From the human T2T-CHM13v2.0 reference genome, Homo sapiens, in assembly GCF_009914755.1 (NCBI RefSeq), contig NC_060942.1: a DNA stretch of 64,000 nt; one strand, written 5' to 3'. The position numbers were made by a program, and so were the translations under genes. Positions 54,230-64,000 of the stretch are shown piece after piece; within the stretch, counting starts at the first letter, position 1, and the number at the start of each line of letters is the position of its first letter. Below the pieces are notes generated by a model, which worked only from the letters and a program-made list of their open reading frames with translations, was not told the origin of the DNA and ran no database searches.

Positions 54230-54420
54230 TGTTGTGTGTGTGTGTATGTGTATCTGCGTGTAAATATGTGTGCATGTGTGGGTGTCTATGTGTGTGTGTC
54301 TATGTGTGTATGTGTATGTATATGCATATGTATGTAAATGCATGTTTGTGTGTGTCTGTGTGCATGTGTGTGTGTGTCTGTGCAAATGTGTGTGTGCATG
54401 TGTGTCCGTGTGTGTGTGTT
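54230..54420. repeat. Degenerate (TG)n tract
   Basis: Seen directly. Confidence 0.95.
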
Positions 54421-55897
54421 AATCTTAATTGCGTCCTCTTATTTAGATTTTATGGCACTATGTCTGTCAGGCTAATGCTTAGCGTTCCATTGAAACCAAA
54501 TAAAGTTAAACTGTAATCACTGTAATTACTGCTACTTTTATTTGAAAATGATATTTACTATTGACTTTTGTCAATATTTTGTTACTTAAATTGCTCCCTC
54601 CTGTGTTTCCAGCATTCTGAACTCTACACCTGACAGCATAAAGATCTGGACCGTCTAAAGATTTGGCAATTTTTAAAGTGCACAGTTTATCCTGGGCTTT
54701 AAACATAATTGTAGCACACTTAATGAGTATAATAACCTAACAGCATGAGTGTTGTTTTCATAAACATGTCTGCATAATGATAGACTCACTTCTAAGAAGA
54801 AATCATCTAATCAATGTGAATTCCAGTTATTTGTCCCATATCCTGATGTGGGATTGACATCCTGATGTGAGATTTTCTAAAAACCTTTCTTGGCAAAAGC
54901 TTGTCTGGGGAGATTGTAAACAGTGGAGTGGGTATGTTTGTTTTTCTGTTTAAATTTCAGTTATTAGGGTCCACTTTCCTCTTCTCTAGACAGTGGCCTA
55001 TTCCGAATGTTCTTTGTATCTTCAGCTTCAGATATACTGAAAATCTGGTGACAGCAGTTTGATATTTATTTAATTGGACTTTATATTAGATTATGAGAAG
55101 AGGAAGCTAATACACAATGGTATTTTTATTTCACCATCTTCAGTCTAGGACAGAGATGTTCAGTGAAGACTTTTGCCCTGCAAAATTAATGAGGGAAAAT
55201 AATCTATAAAATATTGTGTTGACATCATCTATAAAGTTCTGTAGCTAAAACACTGCGGATATTTCTTATTTTTCAATAAAATGTCTGCAATTTGCGCTAA
55301 TTGTGAAGAAAGTCAGTCTTCACTATGAACAATGTAAACTACAGAATGTATTTAAAGATCTAGAACATTATTACATAAAATTAATCAGGACACTTCAAAT
55401 TAGTCTAGGAAAGTATTGGCAGTTGAAATGCTTGGAGGATCTGTTTCCAAGAACAACAATAAAGACAAAACCTCTATTTTAAAATTTCAGATCACACTTT
55501 TCAAAGTAAATCCTCTTTAAATGTAATCCAGATTAACTTTTATTTAAAATTATTTATCTCTCCTTGTAGCATCTTTACATATTGTAATTGGTTATTTAAT
55601 ACTAATAAACGAAAGAAGTTAGACCTTTGTTCATTCAATTTAGTTCCATGTTCTTCACACCTAAAGTTTGTTTAACCCAATAATGGGGGAAAATATTGTA
55701 CATACATACACAACTGGAAGTCAGTTCACTAATTTTCTTGTATGGCATGTTTGATTTCTATCCATAATTGAAGGAGCTTTAGTTTTCTTAGAATATAAAA
55801 TAATGGAAATCAGATATGGATAAATTTGTATTTTCATTTACATAAGAAGATATTGAATTCTTTTTGTATTTATGTGATAGAACTATATAAAATAAAA

Positions 55898-56448
55898 TTT
55901 ATTTTATTTTATTATTATACTTTAAGTTTTAGGGTACATGTGCACAATGTGCAGGTTAGTTACATATGTATACATATGCCATGCTGGTGTGCTGCACCCA
56001 TTAACTCGTCATTTAGCATTAGGTATATCTCCTAAAGCTATCCCTCCCCGCTCCCCCCACCCCACAACAGTCCCCAGAGTGTGATGTTCCCCTTCCTGTG
56101 TCCATGTGTTCTCATTGTTCAATTCCCACCTATGAGTGAGAATATGCAGTGTTTGTTTTTTTGTTCTTGTGATAGTTCACTGAGAATGATGATTTCCAAT
56201 TTCATCCATGTCCCTACAAAGGACATGAACTCATCATTTTTTATGGCTGCATAGTATTCCATGGTGTATATGTGCCACATTTTCTTAATCCAGTCTATCA
56301 TTGTTGGACATTTGGGTTGGTTCCAAGTCTTTGCTATTGTGAATAGTGCCGCAATAAACATACGTGTGCATGTGTCTTTATAGCAGCATGATTTATAGTC
56401 CTTTGGGTATATATCCAGTAATGGGATGGCTGGGTCAAATGGTATTTT
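55898..56448 (-). mobile_element. 5'-truncated L1PA3-like 3' end
   Basis: gttttagggtacatgtgcacaatgtgcaggttagttac...tttagcattagg; peptide [19 protein letters not shown]. Confidence 0.93.
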
Positions 56449-56479
56449 CTAATAAAGTTATTCTATTGTCTTACATTTT

Positions 56480-57190
56480 TAAAGGTATAGTTGATACCTT
56501 AAACATTTATAGTTGATAAATAAAAATTATATATGGTGTATGACATGATGCTTTATACATTGTGAAATAGTTAAATTAAGCTTACTAAACTTTCACCTGA
56601 CATACTTTTTTTGTTGTGAGAACATCTAAGATCCACAGTTTTAGCATTTGGTAAGTATACATTATTATTAACTGTAGTTACCATGCTGTACAGTAGATTT
56701 TGTGAACTTATTCATCCTGTCTAGCTGAAATTTTGAACCCTTTGACAAACATTATTCTATTCCTCCGCCCCTCCCTCCAGCCCTTGGCAACCACCATCCT
56801 ACGCTGAGCACTTATGAGTTTGATTTTTGTACATTCCACATATGAGTGAGATCATGCAGCATTTGTCCTTCTGTGCCTGCCTTATTTCACTTAACATGTT
56901 TTCCAGATTCATTCATGATGTCACAAATGTCAGGATTTCCTTCTTTTTTGAAGGCTCAATAATATTCCACTGTACATCTATACTGCATTTTCATTATCCG
57001 TTCTTTCATCAATGAACACAAAGATGGATTTTATATCTTGGCTATTGTCAATAATGCTGCAGTGCATATGAGAGTGCAGAGTTATCCCCGAGATAGTGTT
57101 TTTATTTCCTCTGAACATATATCTAGACTTGGGATTGCTGGATCTTAAGGTAATTCTAGTCTTAATTTTTTGAGGAACATTCAAACTGTT
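56480..57190 (-). mobile_element. L1MA-type 3' fragment
   Basis: ttattaactgtagttaccatgctgtacagtag...cccttggcaaccacca...gagtgagatcatgcagc. Confidence 0.8.
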
Positions 57191-58914
57191 AAATTTAAAC
57201 TTACTATAAAATTTTACATATTTTTGTCTTTGAAAAATTTTTCAAAAACAAAAAAAAAGCTGTATGAGATCATAAGGGAGAATCTCTAACTTATTCATTG
57301 ATCAGTTAACAATGTGTGTGATATAATCTGAAAAATCCCAAAGACTCAAGGGAAAAAAAAGTAGGAAAAGTAAGAGGGAGGGAAAGAGGGAGGGAGGGAG
57401 GAAAGAAGGAAGGAAGAAAGAAAGGAAAGAAGGAGAGAAGGCCCCCTCTTCTGTGTCCGTAATGAAATATTCTTTTCTGTTGAATAATCCAAGTTACTTT
57501 TATATTGATACTGGGAGAAATAGTAACTTTCTTTCATTTTTTGTTTTCACTTTTCTTTTTTTCTTAAATAGGAAGGAGGAAAGACCATGAAGGGATTCAG
57601 CACCTAGGAAGTAATAAATAAGTAGCAACGTCAAAGAGATCAGAATGACGCATTTTAACCTTAGTAAAATTTTTGTAAGGATCAATTCTGTCTGCATAAT
57701 ATGATACAGGCAAACTATTAGCCACTGCCTTATTTAATAATGTTGTAAACCAAAGAGGAGGATAAGATTAAGAAATGACTGAATAAGTTATGAAAACACG
57801 CCATATTCTATTATAGCTGCCTAAAGAGAAGAGGTCATTTGGCAAATACAGTACTTCCTGGAGTTATCAACAATTCATATATAAGATCATAGACCATTTT
57901 TAAATGATAAAGATGAATGGAATAAAAAACAAGTGCTTCCTGTAACACAAATAAAAAATTCAACAGTGAACTAAATAATAACTTATTTTGAATCAGGAAC
58001 ATGAGGTGATTCATTTTGAATTTTGAATCAGGAATATAGTCCTATACTATAGGAAGTATAATATATGAAAATATGAGTGGCTTTAGGTTTATGTGAAACA
58101 TAGTTTATGTGGTTCATTTCATAGTTATCCAAGGAAATACAACTTGCTTTCCTCATCTATATTTGACTAATTTATATTTGGCTCATAATGTTGCAAAAAA
58201 TAATAATTTAGCACGTTTTCTATAAAATCATCTAGATATTATCCAATCACGATTTCTTATCTCTTATGTAATGAAAAAATCGGTGCTTTTTAGGAAACCT
58301 ATCCTTTTGTGTGCCACCAGATAGTTACTTACTGTTAACATAATTACCTGAGGAGTTTGTGTAAATACGCAGTTTCCTGTATCATTTATTACTATGAAGT
58401 ATGCATTAGCTGTTAGTCTTGCTATTTACAATTATTATTATTGTTGTGATATCTGTATTAGAAGTGACAGACAACACAGTTTCCAAAGGGACTTGAAGGG
58501 GTTATGATAGCCCCTGAATTGTATTGTAAATAATAGCATGGAGAGACAGCTTGCAGTTTTGAAAAGCACTATGCCATGCAATAGGCAATGATTTAATTTT
58601 GAAGTTATTATATTTTCAAATGAAATGCAAATTCCCCTGTTTCTTACTGTGTTTCTCATTATTAATTCGTCATTTATCCTCCTTAGGTGATTATCATGGT
58701 TCATGTATCATTCTTTGGCTTATATAATATACCTAGCTGACATTATATATGGTGACAATTTGATATTTCTCATTATAATGGAATTATTTTCTTTGTATAC
58801 TGTAAAGGAGGTTCCTGTATTTCAGGAAACAAATAATGAATACTTATTTAACAAATAGAAACATGTCACTGAGCAGATTTTGCCATTAAATTCTGCCACA
58901 CTTAGCAACACTTG

Positions 58915-59030
58915 GAAGTAGCCCAGTTACCTTAATTTGATCATTACATGTTATATGCTTGTATCAAAATGTCATATGTGCCCCATAAATATGTGTAACT
59001 ATTATGTACCCCTATAAATTAAAAATAAAA
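58915..59030 (+). mobile_element. L1MA terminal 3' fragment
   Basis: ttgatcattacatgttatatgcttgtatcaaaatgtcatatgtgccccataaatatg...aaaataaa. Confidence 0.75.
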
Positions 59031-60084
59031 TTCAGTTAAGCTCAATGCAATAACACACACTATAAATTCAACTGCCTACTATACACCAGGTCCTCTGTGA
59101 GGTAATTGGCAGTGTCTGTACCCTTGAGAAGTGTATGGCTTGGTATATAGATTTCCCACATAGTCTGTCAGTTTATCTGTGCTCTATTTTCTGAGATCTG
59201 AGAAGCACGGATGTGGCTGCATAGAGAAATAGAAGTTGAAAGATCTTAAAAATATTTCATGTCTCATATGATACACAATGTCATATGATATACAATCTCA
59301 TAAGATATATACAATGTAGGGCAATTTTAGATTTCAAACTGAGATTAGGTGTGGTAATAGTCATAGATTTGAAAAATTTATTGCGGCTGCATGCAAGATG
59401 GACTAGAGCAGAAAGAATTTAGAATATAAAGACACGAACTTGAATACTACTAGAGAGATAAAGCTCTGGATAAAAATGGAGATTTTTAAAAATAAAAGCA
59501 AAGGAGGAAACTGTGACACACTTCAGAGTAAGCCGCACCCGGATTTTCTGACTACTTGGATATTTGGGACAAAGGAGGTGTGCGAGGAATTACTTTTGAA
59601 AATGATATCCTCTCTATCTGATAGGTCAGGGGAGAGGATGAAGATGGTGCCACTGAAGGAACTGCGGGTTTGCTTAGAAAGTGAATGACTTTGATATTGC
59701 TGATAGTGACTTCAAAGTAACATAAAGAGGAAGAGTGACACGGAATGGCAACCAGCAATTGTGGGGCAAGGGCCCAAGGAGTCAGAACTAGAAATACAGA
59801 TTTTTAAATATTTAGTGTGTGCTGAGTACTGATAATTTCATAAAATAAGGAGATTTTACCTTTTTTATTTATTACTAGTAATTATTAGATTTATACAAGT
59901 TTAAATAAGAATGCTTTTTATTCTCACCCTTCACTTAAATAATAAACTATATCAAATGCAAGACATTTTAACTTTGTGTGTTTGCTTCGCAGGATAGGGA
60001 AAGGTAATTTAAAAATTCATATAGATGATAATTACGGCTTTTTTTTTTTGTGGTTTTTATTTGAAAACTCGTATGATCTATAAC

Positions 60085-60610
60085 CTTCGCCGGGAGTGAT
60101 CTGCCGCCACTAGGGCGCAGCAGATAGCTCAGGGGAGACTGACGTCATCTACTTACTCATCATCTGCCGGAAATCACAAACATCATGGTTCCCTGCGTGC
60201 TCATCTCAGGCTTGGTGCTGCTAGCCTACTTCCTGCCGGCTGCCTCACCAGAGCCTGGGCACTGCCGCCCCGGAGATACGCTGCTGTGGGGATGCCGTGA
60301 ACTTCGTGGCCAAGAACATGAGAGGGCAGGACACGAGAGGCCAGGACGCCATCGGCGAGGTTGGACAGGAGCCAGAGGCGGATGGAGCGCGGCAGAGGCG
60401 CCCCCACTGTCTCCCGTGCCACTGGCTCCTGCAGCTGCCCCTTTAAGGACTGTTTGTGCCGACCCTTCCCCAGGAAGTGACGGCATCTGCTTCTGGGTCG
60501 CTCGGGTGCTCTTCAGCCTGGGCTCCAACCTTATCTCATCGTGGCCTACTTGAACCGAGTGTCCGATCTCCCCTACCCGCTGGGTATCCAGCCTTAGCGC
60601 GCACCGACTA
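60085..60610. promoter_or_regulatory. Small CpG island with CRE (TGACGTCA 60140-60147), ETS-like (CCGGAAAT 60167-60174) and CTCF-like (60104-60122) motifs
   Basis: About 33 CpG in about 530 bp by hand count, GC-rich, in an otherwise CpG-depleted window. Confidence 0.55.
60185..60553 (+). CDS. Candidate novel 122-aa chimeric ORF within the CHRNE-derived copy (translation unproven)
   Basis: ATG in strong Kozak context (aacAtcATGG), hydrophobic N-terminus, uninterrupted to TGA. Confidence 0.3.
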   Translation: MVPCVLISGLVLLAYFLPAASPEPGHCRPGDTLLWGCRELRGQEHERAGHERPGRHRRGWTGARGGWSAAEAPPLSPVPLAPAAAPLRTVCADPSPGSDGICFWVARVLFSLGSNLISSWPT

Positions 60611-61488
60611 CAACTTCAACTTTCCACCCATCTCCAGGGGAAATTGATTTTGAAAAAGCAGGCTGCTGCCACCACAGCATTATGATCCTTTCCGGCTGCT
60701 GACCAATCTGTATTTTGTGAACTTCACAAGAGGAATGGTGTGTGCCCATTCCTTGGCGTGTGTAGGTCTGGCCCCAAGTCCAGGGGTCAGCAGGAGGGAA
60801 AACGGTTCAAGCAGGCTCTGAGGTGCTAGTCTTCCAGAAAGCAAGGACTGCCCTTCATTCACCCTTGCTGACCTCCCAGCTTTTCTCAGGCCCAGCCTCA
60901 CGTGACTCTGGAAGCTGGGAGCTTCTGAGCTATCTTTGTTCATCTCATAGCCAAACAGGAGACCCCTTTGCAGGACTTGCACATAGGGAGGCTGGAGCCA
61001 GGAAACTGTCTCCTTTTCTGGCCTGGCCCTGCTGGAGTGGGTGGGAACCAAACACCTTCAGTGCCGGTGGCCCCCAGGCGCACCTGTTTAGAGCTGAGGA
61101 TGCCCTGGCCCTCCCTCAGTCATTTATTCTAGGTCTTGTTGGTCCAGCACTGCCCATCCCACCCCAGGAGACTCACTCATTGCGGATCCCACCCCACCCT
61201 GCCCCTTTCTTCCCCACCCTGAAGACTCTCTGCTTAGTATCCAGGACTGTGAGAGAAAGCAATAACATAGGGCCTGAATGGTGGGGCGGGAGGGAATACA
61301 TATATATGTATATAACACATATATGGCCTTCTCCAGAAAGTTGTGTGGAAAAGATGCTGGTAAACGAGCAGAAAACAAAGCGTAAGAAATTTTCATTCGC
61401 TCAACATGTGGTTGTTGACTTTGACTTAGGTGCTGGGGATAAAGCAGTCAGGTCCTGTTAAAGTTTTCATTTTAGAGGAGCGGGCTCA

Positions 61489-61879
<391 letters not shown>

Positions 61880-62300
61880 GTGATTTCAGAGATGAAGGGC
61901 AGCGAGGAGGCTGCCTGCTGGCTCCAGGCGAGAAGCCACCGGTGGATCAGGAAAGTGCTTTCGGAGGTTAGGGAAACACTTGGTGCACTTGAGGAACAAA
62001 AATGAGGTGAATATGGTGGGTAGAATTGAACAGTATGTTTGGAAAGGTCAGTGGGAGACTTAACTGACTAGGGCTTTGTAAGCCGTGGCACGGTGCTTGG
62101 ATTTTACCTGCAGTTCTCTGAGAAGACACTGGACAGTTTTAAGCAGGGATTTGTCCTTCTCTGATTTATGAGGGTTTTTTTGTTTTTTTTTTTTTGTAGA
62201 GAACACTGGCTGCTGTGTTACAACTGGGTGGGGGGTTGCACGGAGAAGAGAGAAAAGGATCAGGGAGACCATTTAAGATGCTCTGGTGATATTACAGCTG
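61880..62300. mobile_element. L2-like decayed LINE
   Basis: agggctttgtaagccgtgg...ttggattttacct...cactggacagttttaagcaggg...cactggctgctgtgt resembles L2. Confidence 0.6.
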
Positions 62301-63255
62301 AAAGAGACGTCTAATCAATAAATATCGAATGAGCGAGTGAGTGAATTGCCATTTGCTTCAGGAAAACTGTCACTTGCTCTATTCAAATAGAGAATTGTTC
62401 TTGGTTGAGCCTGAAATATAGAGAAACTTTCAAATCACCTGATACAATTTGCCTCTACTCTCAATGATGAATTCTGTTTTGCCCTATTTTTTATTTCAAG
62501 TTTCAAGCAATCTGGTTTCTTATCCCCTAGCACAGTTACTTGCTTTACAGTGTTGGTTATGGAATAATTATAAGTAGTAGCATTACTGTTCTAGTTTACA
62601 TTTATTTCCTCAGCAGGGACTGTGGTCAGGGCTTTACATGCATTATCTCATATGATTTTCCCAAACAACTCTTTAGTTAGGTAACATAAATATTCCCATT
62701 TTACTTATGAGAAAACTGAGACATAACCTTACCTAGGAAATAGTTCCTCCGATTCTTATTTACGAAAAGCCAGAAAACTACTTAAAATACCTGTTTCACT
62801 TGAAGTTAAAGAGATATAATAAAAACAGGTGGGCCTACTAACGTATTCAGGCCAGATTCTGAGTGTGAGCGCCCGGGCAAGGTAAGGTGACTGCGCACAC
62901 AATGAGGTTCCCTTTTTCCTTGCACTGTACCACTCTCCCGAGTGTCTTTATAATGAGAATACCCCCAGGGACCTGCAGACCTTAGAAGAAAAGGTGGCAC
63001 ATCATATTCTTGCCTTAGGGTCTCAGATTTCTGTGCTAAATCCACTACCTGGGCTCTGCTAGATTGCATGTGCCTTGGAATTGTTGTCTGTTCATTGTTG
63101 CAATAGACAAAAGGTGGCTTCCTCCTCCTGCCAGGTCTCTGGGCCCCACTCCTCCCTAGTGCTCACTGACGCCCACAGGAGAGGAAGTTCTCCAACTATT
63201 TCTAGAATCTTTTTATTTGCCTTTTTTCCCAATCCCTCATCAGGAGAATTGAAAA

Positions 63256-63352
63256 CACACTCACATACACACAAGCACGCACACACATGCATACATACGT
63301 ATACACATAAACATACACACATACACGCACAGATAGACACACACACACACAC
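63256..63352. repeat. Degenerate (CA)n tract
   Basis: Seen directly. Confidence 0.93.
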
Positions 63353-63779
63353 GGGATCTCATTATTTCTTTAAAGAAACATTTATTTTTTCTTTTCATTT
63401 GACCTCAGTCACAAACTCTGGTCTAGAGGCAGACAAGTTATTCAATTCAAAAACTTTATAAGAAACAAAGAATTTCAAACATAGGTCATTCATATCATGT
63501 TGTTGTATGTTTCGTTCTTATCCATGTTGAAAAATCTCATACTATTTGAAACCTCTTCAAAGACAGTTGCTGGCATTAGCTTCCCTTGTTTCATAGCAGT
63601 GCTAATATGTAAGTTAGAGAGAAAAACATATTTTATGTTTAGCTCATATGATGAAATACAAATGTTACAAGTATCAACTTGGTTGGGAAAAAAATTAATA
63701 TTTTTTTATTTTGCATAACTGATATAACCCTGCTTTCCAAAGATGAGAGAGAAGTTCATACTTGCTGTTTCATTATAAA

Positions 63780-63937
63780 TAGGCTTGCCAAGTAAAATAT
63801 AGGAATACTGTTAAATTTGAATGTCAGGTAAACAATGAGTAATTTTTGAAAATATGTCCAATGAATAATTTTTGAAAATATTGAAAAATACAAATAAAAG
63901 TTGTTTGCGTTTTTATTTGTTAAATATGGCAACCCTA
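63780..63937. mobile_element. MER53-like hAT MITE
   Basis: Terminal inverted repeats taggcttgcca / tggcaacccta; internal gttaaatttgaatgtcaggtaaacaa. Confidence 0.75.
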
Positions 63938-64000
63938 ATTTTTAAACAATTTTAAGTGAAAACTTAAATATCAAAAAGATGTTAAAAGGTCCCATCAGTT

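Larger units (their letters stand above)
60080..61290 (+). pseudogene. CHRNE: Rearranged partial copy (pseudogene) of CHRNE, acetylcholine receptor epsilon subunit; the symbol names the parent gene
   Basis: Translates in pieces to [35 protein letters not shown] (M1), [23 protein letters not shown] (MA helix) and [34 protein letters not shown] (M4 and C-terminus, TAG at 60595-60597). These match CHRNE as remembered. A GT..AG intron of 114 bp is retained at 60360-60473, followed by about 700 bp resembling the CHRNE 3'UTR. It has indels, an in-frame TAG at 60111-60113 and no N-terminal domain. Confidence 0.9.

Noticed and set aside
54229-54516. Cys/Val-rich ORF (also His/Thr-rich ORFs near 63075-63461)
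   Set aside because: Dinucleotide repeat translations.
60226-60528. 100-aa antisense ORF across the CHRNE copy
   Set aside because: Non-ATG start in GC-rich, stop-poor DNA; no recognisable protein.
60080-60597. Functional CHRNE gene
   Set aside because: No signal peptide or Cys-loop exons, M2-M3 missing, frameshifts, and surrounding DNA unlike the GC-rich parent locus.
60014-61330. Degenerate TSD aattcatatagatgata / aatacatatatatgtata around the CHRNE copy
   Set aside because: Low-complexity TA-rich match, too weak to call.
60823-61461. 212-aa plus-strand ORF
   Set aside because: Starts at GTG, lies in 3'UTR-derived and flanking repeat sequence, and has no recognisable domain.

Overview
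This is AT-rich primate (human-like) nuclear DNA, not microbial. It is intergenic or intronic in character and dominated by interspersed repeats: about 12 Alu-family elements, many L1 fragments of different ages, a near full-length Tigger1, MaLR LTRs, L2, MITEs and microsatellites. The L1s include a 5'-truncated L1PA2-like element with intact ORF1, a broken ORF2 and a 16-bp TSD, plus two twin-primed inverted L1s. Almost all ORFs in the supplied track are repeat-derived or chance ORFs. The one clearly gene-derived unique segment is about 60.08-61.29 kb, a rearranged copy of the 3' part of CHRNE (muscle nicotinic acetylcholine receptor epsilon): the M1-coding exon is fused to the penultimate exon, the last intron is retained, and the last exon and 3'UTR follow. 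It forms a small CpG island with CRE and ETS motifs and carries a new 122-aa ORF with a signal-peptide-like start and a hydrophobic C-terminal segment. Repeat subfamily names and CHRNE comparisons come from remembered consensus and reference sequences, not from a search. Boundaries of old repeats are approximate.
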